NCBI RefSeq assembly: GCF_018350175.1
Contig: NC_058368.1
Span: 76,944,001 to 77,008,000, forward strand
DNA: 64,000 bases
Reading direction: 5' to 3'
From: Felis catus
Lineage: Eukaryota
In this document: positions 23,111-34,049 of the stretch, piece by piece
How the letters are laid out: each line of letters starts with the position of its first letter
Position numbering within the stretch: position 1 is the first letter of the stretch
Notes under the pieces: model-generated
Databases searched by the model: none
What the model saw: only the letters and a program-made list of their open reading frames with translations
What the model was told of the DNA's origin: nothing
Translations under genes and position numbers: made by a program

Positions 23111-23719
23111 AAAAAAAATCAGCCCTTTCATAGTCAAGCGACCTTCATACCACATATTCTAAGTTAAAAAACTAACAATGAGATCCTTGTGTTTTGCTTC
23201 CCTAGATAAGCACTGTTGTGATTTGTTTGTAGAACCTAAATGTTTTCCTGAACAGACACTGTAACCTTTCAAAAATGCGTATTTCTAATACTCTATAAAA
23301 TGCCTTTTCCCCCCCTTGAGCGTGTACTAACTTTTGACTACAGCTGCATTTTCTCCTATCTGCTAGGGTCAGGATGTCCCATCTTTCCTGTTTGTGTGAA
23401 ACCCCTCCTTTTTCTGATGACGGGTGGGTGGGGGAGAAGTCTTAGAGGGGTGTCGTAGTCTGTGGTCTTTTTTCCCAAAAGGGTATAAAATAAGACGATG
23501 AGGGAAATACCCTTAATTGAAATGGATACGTTGATAACATGTCAAGGCACGTTAGAGACTGACACTCTTGAAGTGAAAAAATGAGGAAGTGTGTAATCTT
23601 ACAAGTAAGCTCAGCTTTATTATTTGTAAGTATAGGGACAAAATAATTTCTTTATATATGGGTCAGGGGTGGTAACAGTATCACAGAAAAACAAATCTCC
23701 TTTTTGCAGCCCATCTCGT

Positions 23720-23905
23720 AGAGCATGACTTCGGGCTGAATTCTGGATGAGATGTTTGGAAATTGTGCAGGACTCAGACCTATCTTCCGTTTGCAAACTG
23801 GGTATCCGGCATCCCTGCCTCCTGCCTACTAAATGCCAGTAGCTCCCCTTTAATAGTTGTAGAAATCAGAAAATACTCCCACACATATTCCACTCTGGAA
23901 ATCAC
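23720..23905. mobile_element. MER3/MER20-like hAT fragment
   Basis: ggcatccctgcctcctgcctactaaatgccagtagctcccc...agttgtag. Confidence 0.6.
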
Positions 23906-23989
23906 TGCTCTGTTACTGTCTCTGAAATTCATCGTCAAGCCCTGCCATGCGTTACATGTGATGAGTCCTTGAGCAAGACTCCCCCCTCA

Positions 23990-24420
23990 GCTCAGGAAAG
24001 GAGAAGACTTACCCAAGTCAATCAGTGCATTGTATTCCCTGATGACAATGGTTGCTTTAGGGTACCTGAGTCACTTGGAGCCTATGACGCCTAAGGGAGT
24101 TTTAGCTTACCGTCTTCAGAAGGAGACTCTGGTCTTCCCGGGCCACTTGAATGAGAGGTTGTAGGCTGTGGGGCTGCCAGAGTCATTTTGCACCTTTTGG
24201 AGCCCAGTAAAAATCAACCCAGGGGAATGCACGGTGACTCTGGGCTACCTATGGATGGTTCTTTCCATGCAATAACTCCTGCTAGCCTGGAGGAGGAGGA
24301 CACTATATTTCTACTTTACGGTTGGGTTGGAGGGTGCCTCACAGCACGGTCCAGGAAGAAGTTGTATATGCAGTCTGTGGTCCCAGTACTTTCATAGACT
24401 ATTTTTATTGTGCTGTCTTT
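23990..24420 (+). mobile_element. Very old MLT1-family LTR
   Basis: aagtcaatcagtgcattgtattccctg...tggttg...ggccacttgaatgagagg...gggctgccagagtcattttgcac. Confidence 0.5.
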
Positions 24421-24519
24421 ATCCCTGAGCCAGTTATGTGTCCCCAAGGCTACATCCTGTACCCTTATGGGAGGGAAGGAAAGGCAGGGTGAACACACAG
24501 GTGCACAAAAACACTTTCC

Positions 24520-24640
24520 CAGTCGTAATTATCTTGTTGGTTGTCTGTCTCCCCCCACTAGAATCTAATGTCCATAAGGGACAAGAATTTTCACCTGTTT
24601 TGCTCACCGCTGTATTCCCGGTGCCTAGCACAGTGCCACA
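24520..24640 (+). mobile_element. L2 3' fragment
   Basis: ttgtctgtctcccccc actagaat...tgttttgctcaccgctgtattcccggtgcctagcacagtgcc. Confidence 0.8.
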
Positions 24641-25283
24641 GAGCGAGGAGGGAAAGGTAAGTCTTGGTTTCCTGCTTTTCTGTATTTGCCACCTAAATGG
24701 TATTGATATTTACTCATATTCACTCCCTTTCTGTTTTTTAACTTTTTATCGTAGCATATTTCAAGTATCTATAATGCAGAGGAAATCTAAATCCTGTAAT
24801 TCCTGTTTACCTGTCTCCACTCTCCCTTTCTGCCCCTCTCACTAGGTTATGTTAAGTAAAATCCCAGAGACTTGCACACACTCCTTGTAGCAACTTCTCT
24901 TGTTTCTGGGATACTACTTGTTTATTTCTCTTTTCTTTCTAGCCACCCCTTCTTAGTCTCTGATCTTATGGGGAGCTCTGTCCTTGGATGGCTTGCTGGA
25001 GTTGTCTCACCTTGGGGCAGGGACGTGGGTCTTGATTATTTCTCTGCACTCCTGGACGTCGTGGAGTCAGGGCTGTTTTGGGGGCGGGGGTCCGGGGAAA
25101 CATGCACTTGGGCGATGCCGTCTTCAGCGGACGTAGGGTGACTATATGGCTCACAGCGCCCATGACAGTCTACTCCTCGTGCTAGTGTATGCATTACCTT
25201 CAGGGACTAGTTCTGGGCACAGCCTCCTCAAGACTTTGCCTGGCCCCTTTTCTTAGAAGTCGTAAGAGGGAGGTTGGTAGGAC

Positions 25284-25612
25284 ATGTCTTTGTCCATTCA
25301 GACTGCTACAGCCCAATCCCATAGACTGGGGGCCTAATGCACAGCAGAATTCTATTTCTCACAGTTCTGGAGGCTGGGAGTCCGAGACCAAGGCTCCAGC
25401 GGATGTCTGGTTCAGGGACGTGGCCGTCTTCTCGCTGTGCCCCCGTGGTGGGAGGGGCGAGGGAGCTCGGTGAGGTCTCTCTAATCCCATTCAGCAGGGT
25501 GCCACCCTCGCAACCCAATCACCCCTCAAAGGCCTCACGTCCTAACACCATCACACTGAAGGGTAGGTTTCAACATGTGAATTTGGGGGACACAGACTTT
25601 CAGTCCGCAGCA
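25284..25612 (-). mobile_element. MLT1A-type solo LTR
   Basis: tgtctttgtccattcagactgcta...atttctcacagttctggaggctgggagtccgag...ggggacacagactttcagtccgcagca. Confidence 0.88.
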
Positions 25613-26047
25613 GGATCACACACAGACTCTGCAGCAGATCTCGAAATTGCGAGCGCCAGTCATTGTCTCCTCCTCTGTTACCGGTTCTGGCGGGGCTCCC
25701 CGTCAACCCGCACCTCTGCCCGGACAGGTAGCTTGCCTGGTGAAGTGACCTGCATTTCCGAGAGGGTCACGCCCTTGCTCACGGCCCCCTTCTTAGGCTG
25801 TGGTTTAGTATACTAAAGGTATACTTACCTTTAATACCTTTAGTATTGGTCATGAGAGCACTGAGAGCCACCCAGTGGATTACGCGGGCACCAAATTTAT
25901 TCTTCGTAGCGCCCCCCTGTGTCAAAGCAGGGCACTGCCTCTTTATGATCAGGGTCAAGGCTCAATCCCTGTGCCAGGATGATTGCACATCCTCAGTCTT
26001 CTTGCCTCACGGATTTAGGGCATGATGAGATTAAAGTGCCCAGGCGT

Positions 26048-26225
26048 GGGGCACCTGGGTGGCTCAGTTAGGCGTCTGGTTTTTGGTTTTAGCTCAGGTC
26101 ATGATCTCGAGGTTCGTGAGTTCGAGCTCCGGAACGGGTTCTGCACTGGCGGTGCAGAGCCTGCTTGGGATTCTCTCTCTCTCTCAAAATAAGTAAATAA
26201 ACTTTAAAAATAAATAAATAAAAGC
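26048..26225 (+). mobile_element. Can-SINE (internally deleted) inserted in a MIR remnant
   Basis: Head and tail present; degenerate TSD taaagtgcc(c/g)aggcg. Confidence 0.92.
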
Positions 26226-26399
26226 ATGTAAAGTGCCGAGGCGCTTCTGTTCTTGAATATCCCACTTTTCCGGTACATGCTTTCTGTGGAGCTCCTTGGC
26301 AAAGGATGATGGCAATCATTACTGTATTTATTTGCCATGGGGACTCCTGAGGACCTGACCTCCCATTAATTAGCGGGTTCTGGGTCAGAAGACTGGCTC

Positions 26400-27522
26400 A
26401 GGGATTGAGATATATTTCATCACTTCTTCCACCCCCAGTGCCAACAGTTCTGGCATTTCAGCCTTACTTAGTGTGGACCATAATTTTCTCCAAAGCTCCA
26501 GGAGTCATCCCATCAGCATGACGCAGCCATTTCCTGGGGTCCTTGCCAGGGTGGCCAGCCACATGTTGCAGTACACAGCTCCTGTATAAACCAACTCTCC
26601 CCATCCAACCTTTTCTCCCGCCCCTTTTGATCCATCACCCTCAAGATCCAGCCCCGTAAACAGTCTCCAGCTTGGCTGGTCCACGTGGGCTGGGCCCTTG
26701 GGGCTTAGTCCCTCTCCTCCCCCAGTGTGTCCTACCCTGTGTTGTCTGCCCCCAACTCCAGGTATCGGTCCCATGGGAGGGGGGAGTGGGGGTAGATCCT
26801 GTGTTGTCTTGCAGTGTGGAGACCTCTCTGCCTCATGTTCCAACAAGGGATGAGTGCAGCCTCAACAGGGAGGATGGAGAGGACGGGGCCATCTGGATCC
26901 CACCCTACCCCCCCACCGCCCCCACCCCGCCTCCCGCACGGCTCTGCATGGGGTTTCCAGGTTTAGCCATCAGCATTAACTCTGATGTCTCCATTCAAAT
27001 CGTAGGGTCCCACTCATCCCAGCAAGGCCCATGGCACTGATTAGCAGATCCACCAGGACTGAGCATTCAGATTATTTGGAGCATTGCTGTCCTCATAATC
27101 AGGTCCTGCTCCGGCTATAGGAGATAAGGATCTCTTCAGATTCTACCCTCAAGGCTCTCTAACTTTCACGCCTTGCTTCCTGTGGTGATTCACAGCCCCC
27201 GGGGCCTCACAGGGGTGTTCTCTAGCAGGTCAGTGACTCAGCAAAAGCCACTGGTTACATTGTTCTCCTGAGTCTTTCCAAAGCCTGAGTGTTACACCTG
27301 CCAGTGCATGCTGCCCTCCTCGCATCCACCCCAGTTCATCACCAGTCAACACTAGTGACCATCGTGCTCCTCCAGAGAGCCAGCCCGTGTCTGGGCTTCA
27401 CTGCCCACCACGGCTGGGTCTTCATTTCCAGTCGGCAGGTGGATGATCCAGCTCTCCAGTTCGATTTTAGAGTCTACACCGGGGCCACCAGCCTCTCTTC
27501 CTGAACTCCTCTTGGTCCCAAG
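26400..27522 (-). mobile_element. ERV-L class internal fragment: degenerate gag (Fv1/MuERV-L-related), ERV3-16A3-like
   Basis: Manual minus-strand translation across frameshifts gives ordered motifs EEILISYSRS, DLIMR..LNAQ, EWDPT.NGDI, WILRVMDQKGR, LMG*LLELWRKLWSTLSKAEMPEL, matching recalled ERV-L gag. Confidence 0.82.
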
Positions 27523-27774
27523 CCCTACATCCATACTGTGCCTTAACTGCCTGCCCAGCCCCGCATGCTACAGACTCGGGCTTCTGTCCTCCCGTCTCCC
27601 TGCTCTGTTATGACAGCCCGTCTGGGAGTGCACATGGGCCACCTTCCTGTGGGTTTCCCACTTTTTGTCTCAGTATCCCATTTTTCTCTCTCCTTCCACC
27701 TCCGGAACACGGTCCATCATCGTCACTGCTGCCGAGGATGCTTTTCTCAAGTACAGATCTTTATTCTCGCGGGA

Positions 27775-27965
27775 ACACTTACTGAACACTTGCAGTGCCC
27801 CTGCCTCGATTATTTTCTAGACGTAGCGTGGTGACCGAAACAGATAAAGTCCCCGCTCCCAAGGAACTTGACATTTTAGTGGGGGAGAGACAGGCAGTAA
27901 CCATGAAGAAATGGAGAAGCGAATAGGTAAAAATAAATATTAGCGAGTGATCATTGCTGTGGCAA
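27775..27965 (-). mobile_element. L2 3' fragment
   Basis: cttactgaacactt...aacagataaagtccccgctcccaaggaacttgacattttagtgggggagagacag. Confidence 0.75.
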
Positions 27966-28004
27966 GGATTAGCAGAGTATAATGGAGTGCTGACATGGCT
28001 GCTG

Positions 28005-28356
28005 TGTAGTAATATCCACCGCCCCACTGAATACCACCACCGGCTTCCCATTGTCCTCTGCATGTGGTTCAGACTCTGGCTTGGCATGAAAGAATGCTGT
28101 GGGGACGAGTCACCAGCCCCTAGTGAGGATCCGATGGGGGTTCTTCTGGTTCCCTGGGTTCCAGCATTCCTGTGGGAGGCTTTTCCTGGAGGGTGAGGCT
28201 GTGTGTCCTGTGTCCCCCCTTCCCCCTCTTCTCTTCCTTCCCTCACCCTCCCGGGATCCCCGGTGCCGGAACAATATTGCTTATGAGCCGAAGCAACAAA
28301 AGCCAGCTGCCTCAGCAGGTTTATTCTTATCAGTGACTGAACCCAGACAATTAACA
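28005..28356 (+). mobile_element. Old MaLR/ERVL LTR-like fragment
   Basis: Starts tgtagtaatatccacc, ends tttattcttatcagtgactgaacccagacaattaaca. Confidence 0.45.
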
Positions 28357-28859
28357 ATCCATTTCAGTGGTGACTTTGGCCATTCTTTTTGGGAAATGCT
28401 GAATGGGACGTGGCTTTTGGGAGGAGAGATTCTTTTTCAAACAGGGAGATGCCATGCTCGTTTCTACTGACCCCTGTTGTCACCAGGGAGTGGTTTTGTC
28501 GCCCTGTATTTAGCATTGGCCCCTCCTAGCCCAGCACCCCTCTCTAATCTGCATCACTGGGGTTATGCTAGGAGCCTGAAAACTAAATGGAACCAGAATG
28601 CAACCAAGCATGTTATCAGTGGGCCCCATGTCATGGCTCATGATGCCTGGATGACCCCAGTTCTCACCAGGAACCGTGCCTTCATTTCCCTGCACTCAGG
28701 GCTGGTGAGCGCCTACGCAGAAGGGAGCAGAATTTCCCCTTCCCTCAGAAAGGGAAGCTTCTGGCAATCCTGCCTGGGCAGGTGCCTACCTTTGCTAGTT
28801 TATCAGGGCCCCTAGTCACTCGTCTGCAGACATTGGTGACTGATTCCCTAAATACCCCC

Positions 28860-29110
28860 GATGTCCAGCCAGAGCGCGTCTTTTCCTCCAGCCTCCTCTT
28901 TCCCCTTTTGTTCCTGCGTTATTTCTCCCTCACTTTTCCTGCAAGGCCCCCTTCTCCCTCCCTGCCTTCTCTCTCCCGCAGTCTCTCGTCACTGATCGGC
29001 TCCGCCTCCCCCTAGCGGCGGGTCTGGGAAATCAGTCGCTGCAGCCGGCTTACCTGCGCTGCGGGTGCAGAGGGCAGAGACCCCAAAGCAGAAACAAGCA
29101 TGCATCACCC
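28860..29110. promoter_or_regulatory. Candidate regulatory element: CpG-retaining unique segment with CTCF-like motif
   Basis: Local CpG cluster, long pyrimidine tract, gcctccccctagcggcgg at 29004-29021. Confidence 0.35.
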
Positions 29111-29295
29111 AGCGGAGGTTCATCTGTCATTTTAACCACAACAGACAGCCCCATCGCGAATAGTGAGATGTCTGTCCTTCCTTATGGGATTTCAATACAC
29201 ACGCGAAAACTTACAACTCTATAAATCAGACTTCGTAACACGTACCATAAAGCCTTAGGTATTTTTCTCTTATTATACATAAAGTATAGAGACTC

Positions 29296-29514
29296 TTTTT
29301 AAACATTTTTTAAAAATGTTTTCATTTATTTTTGAGGGAGAGAAAGAAAGTGTGAGCGGGGAGGGACAGAGGGAGACACAGAATCTGGAGCAGGTTCCAG
29401 GCTCTGAGCTGCCAGCACAGAGCCCTGCCGACCCCCAATTCATGAACGCTGAGATCATGACCTGAACCGAAGCCGAAGCCGGATGTTTCACCTACTGAGC
29501 CACCCAAGCGCCCC
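29296..29514 (-). mobile_element. Can-SINE
   Basis: Antisense body ending cacccaagcgcccc. Confidence 0.94.
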
Positions 29515-29705
29515 GAGAACAGACTGAGGGTTGCTGGAGGGGAGGTGGGTGGGGGATGGGCATCAGGGAGGGCACTTGTTGGGATGAGCACTGGGTGTTC
29601 ATCTGTAAGTGACCAATCACTGAATTCTACTCCTGAAACCAATATTACACTGTATGTTAACTAACTTGGATTTGAGTAAAATAAAAAAAAAATAAGTAAA
29701 TTAAA
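29515..29705 (+). mobile_element. Carnivore L1 3' UTR fragment
   Basis: gagaacagactgagggttgctgg...ctactcctgaaaccaatattacactgtatgttaactaacttgg then A tail; similar to 20110-20290. Confidence 0.93.
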
Positions 29706-30444
29706 CATGATCGATGAAAAGTAAAAAGGTTTAATGTGAATATTTATATCTGAATTGCATTGTTAAACGAAATAGATCCTGTAGGATTGACCTTGGTCAT
29801 ATTGATTGCCCTTTGAGTGGACTTACCATGCTTTACTGAAAAAACTGGGTAACACTAGACCTTATGTCTGTATATCTGAGGCTGACAAAAGTCTTAAGAA
29901 AGACAGGGTGAGCCACACGATCTAAAAAAGGCTAGGAAGACCCTGCTATGCCTGAAAATTTTACCCCGTGTCACTCAGCACGAAATGATAGAATCACCTG
30001 GGACTAAAATCAAATGTTCATATTGATGGGCAGATGTCCTTAAAGTCAATTAACTATCAGCTTCTTCTCCTTTGCATGGTTAAACCTCTGACAGACAGAC
30101 AGACTCCGAGCCCCTGGAAAGTGATGGGAAAATGGTACCATAAGGAGCTGGGTCAATGCTCACACCACGGGACCCTAAAAGACAGAATGACAAGTCAGGG
30201 CTGAGCGTGGGGGCACCTTCTAGGAGGCAGAACAAGAGTGTGAATAGCTTTACCTCCAGCTCCCCCTGGGCACAGCTTCGGAAAGTTGGTATTTCATGAG
30301 TCCTTAAGAAAATTTCTCTCCCCCAAATGCCATTGGTGTGGCTCAGGAGCTGAAAGAAAGACCTTCGTTTCTTATTTTAGCTCCCTGTGAACTCCTCAGC
30401 CCTCCAAACAGCATGGTGAGGTGGGCGCTCTTAGACTACTCGTG

Positions 30445-30560
30445 GCTCAGATAAACTGAGACAGAGAAGTTAAGGGACTTGCTCGTTAGACTCACTTAGC
30501 TGGTGGGCAAGAGGGCAGATTTCAGCCCTCAATCTGGCCAGCACTCTTGTGCCCCAGCAC
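30445..30560 (-). mobile_element. MIR fragment
   Basis: aaactgagacagagaagttaagggacttgctc core. Confidence 0.7.
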
Positions 30561-30900
30561 GCAGTGGGTCTTCCATTGCAGGGGCGTGTGGCCACACCCA
30601 AGCATGAGCTTTTGTGACTGCGGGACATGAAGCCAGATGCCTCAAGTAGGTTGCAGTGGATCTTACCAAGATCTTTTAGGCGACGCTGGCTATGAGTGCT
30701 ATTAGGTCTGAAAGAAGATGGTTCCGGTCTGACGCTTAATTTAGCACACAATTCAATCTTATCCTTCAGGAGTCTAAGCCGGATTCTACACCAATGAGTT
30801 GGAATCTGGCTGGCCTCAATTTCTATGGGTTTGCATGGTCCCCCTCACCGATGGGCACCAATTTCATTAATTGCTTTATGGAAAACAAAGACGATAAGAT

Positions 30901-31105
30901 TTCTTTTTATTTTTTTAACTTTTATTTATTTTTGAGAGATAGAGGCAGAGCATGAATGAGGGAGGAGCAGAGAGAGAGGGAGACACAGAATCCCAAGCAG
31001 GCTCCAGGCTCTGAGATGTCAGCACAGAGCCCGACGCGGGGCTCAAACCCACAAACTGTGAGATCATGACCTGAGCCGAAGTTGGACGAGCTACCCAGGT
31101 GCCCC
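30901..31105 (-). mobile_element. Can-SINE
   Basis: Degenerate TSD ac(g/a)ataagattt. Confidence 0.94.
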
Positions 31106-33699
31106 CACAATAAGATTTATTTAAGCTAGTCTTTTCACGGTGGGTTAAGTGTTTCAAAAATGATCAGTTGAAAAATTTGACAGCAGCAGAAGCTGGGAGA
31201 ACTCATAGTTTGTGGCCTTGACCGTATTTCAGTATGTAGCGTATTATTCTGGTGGGGCCGATGAAAGATGGAGAAAAAAAAACATTCTAACGCTGAAACC
31301 CAAACTTCCTTTGCACATGCAGGCAATCCATGGAATTAAAACAACAATTTAAAAAAGCTCAAACTCACTCTAGTTACAGTGATTTTTTTATGCTTTTTTT
31401 TTTTTTTTTTTTGCCCCCAACTGTGATTTTATCTGTTAGCATAAAGCCGAGTGGTTACATGGTTACCAAGGGTAGGAGATCTAATTCCAGATCAACCAGC
31501 GAAAGCTAGGGAGATTTAACCGCTGACATCTGCAAGACCCAAATAAGACCCGTGTTGCTTCGATGATGCAACATCCCCTACCGTATTTCTGAAAATGTGC
31601 TCCATTGTCACATAGTAAAAGTAAACATTGGGTTGGTGCCCAGGGATGTTGGTTCTCTGGAAAAAGTGATTCCAGCTCCTCTGTTCTTTACAAACAACTT
31701 AAGTAAACCTATGAAATGAGACTCTAGCCCTTTCGATTCTGATTACCGGTCCTTCTAAGATTTCGTCCATTCGGAATGGATGAGGAGATCAATGATATCT
31801 TTGGAAAGACTGTAAGTCCGGACCAGTGGGGGGCAGGTCAGTTTTATGTCTTTGAGCTGTAGACGCTTTTTGCTCACGGAGCCAGCTGGTAGACACTTAA
31901 TTCTGGAAGCTGTTCATGAGGAGCATGAGCTGGATACGCTGACAGAGATCAGTGTTCTCAGTGGATCGTTCACCGAAAACAGAACCCTGATTTGCCGCTG
32001 AGGAGGGTTTTTCTGTTCCTTCAGGGACCAGTTTTCAAGAATGGCTTTAAGGAAGGCGTGAATTGGAAACGAAATCTGAAATCACGGGATAAGTAACATC
32101 TTCCCGTATATTTGCCCCTTTGGGCGATGGTTAGTTTCTGGTCGTTTAGCAGGACTGTTAGAACAAATCACCGTCTGAAATAAACTCCTCAGACTTCATA
32201 GGTGTGCTCCAGTGCCTCTGCTTAGCACCCCAGGATTAGATTTTTGTCAAAGTTTGAAACAAAGAATAACTAAGATTTGCGTCGCAAAGAGGAAACTAAG
32301 GGAGCCGGTGTATGATCTTTGAACGATCCAGAATAACATTGTGCTTAATACGGTATATGACTGGCATTTTGCGTTATGTGTCCACATACAGAAATTCACG
32401 TATGTGGCATTTCCCCTTCCAGAAGTAATTAGGGCATTCAGGTAAAACCAATTTTTTTGGTGAACACTTTGTTATATAAAAGAGTTCTCTGTGTTGAGCC
32501 ACACACTGGGAGACGGTAAATCAGTGGGTCCTTCCAGGGTGTGTTACGTTTGATTACACTGAGATTCCATAATATTTTACCCTTTTCATTTTGTGCTCAT
32601 ACTTTCAGTGGTTTATGAAGTAACAGTCTCTAGATTTCATTCCAAATGGAAAGTTGGCATGAAAACTCTCAATCCAATTATTCCTGTACACATTTTGAAA
32701 CAAATCATTTTGGCTTTTTTGAAAAAATTTACAGGAGGTGATAAAAATAGGAAATTTCGGGTTTCAGATGTTTTATAGCATTCTTGTAGCATAATAACTG
32801 CTTCATTAAAAATAATTTTGCAATACAATGTGAACTTTGTGAGATGTCTAAAACACATTTGCTGGCTTTCCTTTTAAAGCTTTGTTTGCAAGAAAGTTGT
32901 ATTATTTTATATTTTGTGTTTCATATTATTCTGCTAAGGCTTTGCGAGATATCGAATGACTACCCTTCCCCCCCCCCTGCCCCCCGCCCGATGCATGGCC
33001 ATAAGGAGTAAGTCGTCTGGTCTGGAACGGGGTCCTACTCTTGAGGGGGGAGGGCTCGATTCCCAGCTGGGGTCCCCAACACAGGAGAAGATGCCAGGAT
33101 TGGTTTCAGTGCTCAGTGCTCATTTCAATCTCCCGACCTCCACACCGTCAGCTCGTGGGACGGGCTGGAGGTAGCTGTGGGAAGCTCTTCTCTAGGGCAC
33201 TTGAATACGACACAGCTTTTTTGATCAGCCATTAAAGGAGACCGTGAAGGGGAAAGCAAAGCCATCCTTCTCTGCTCCGAATTTGGGAAATGGTTGTTTC
33301 ACAGACTGAACAGATTTTAGGAGGGTGGAAAGAAATCTCAAACTCACTTGATGCAGATGTACTTTGGCTACTCGATTCTCCTCTCCGAATTCCCCCTTCC
33401 CAACAATGCTCACATCTCTCCAGCGATGGGAAATTAGTCTCCAAAAGCAGGCAACGCCTTCCGCTAGTGAAACAACCCCAGTGTAACAGAGTTCTTCCTG
33501 CTATCGATCTGAAATCTGTCTTCCTGTCGTTTCCACCCATTGTTCCCGGTCCCATGCCTCAGACCCAGAGAGAAACAGGCCTGTTTTCCTTTCTTTGACA
33601 GCAGTTCAGCTCTCAGAAGGGAGGCAAGGGGCAGAGTGAGAAGGATTCGTGGGCAGGCAGGGTCCAGTTCTCTCTAACCCTCAGTCCCTGCTGGTGCAC

Positions 33700-33822
33700 A
33701 ACTGCAATTCTAAAACCTGACTTACAGGGTGGTGGTGAAGGTTTGAGAACATGTGTACAAGCACCTGGTACAGCTCCTGACGTAGAGTAGCTACTGAGTA
33801 ACAGATTCTCCTTATTATTACC
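33700..33822 (+). mobile_element. MIR 3' fragment
   Basis: cttacagggtggtggtgaagg...atgtgtacaagcacctggtacagctcctgacgtagagtag. Confidence 0.7.
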
Positions 33823-34049
33823 ATTGAAGGCGCCTGGTGATTTCCTTTTCTTTGGGTTACTGGCCTCCGTTCCTCATCTGTCTTTCCCATTTGCAGTTTA
33901 GTGTCTCTTCTCGGTCATTCTAGTTTTGCCCAGGACATTTCCATCCTTGGTTAGACATGGTGCTTGCTGCAGAATGGACTGGAAACCCTGCCCAGGCGCC
34001 CTGCCACTGGCCACTGATGCCCTACTGATGTTCACAAAAGGCGCTTTCT

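Noticed and set aside
27779..28357. 192-aa minus-strand ORF
   Set aside because: Spans L2 and LTR-like remnants; no protein similarity recognised
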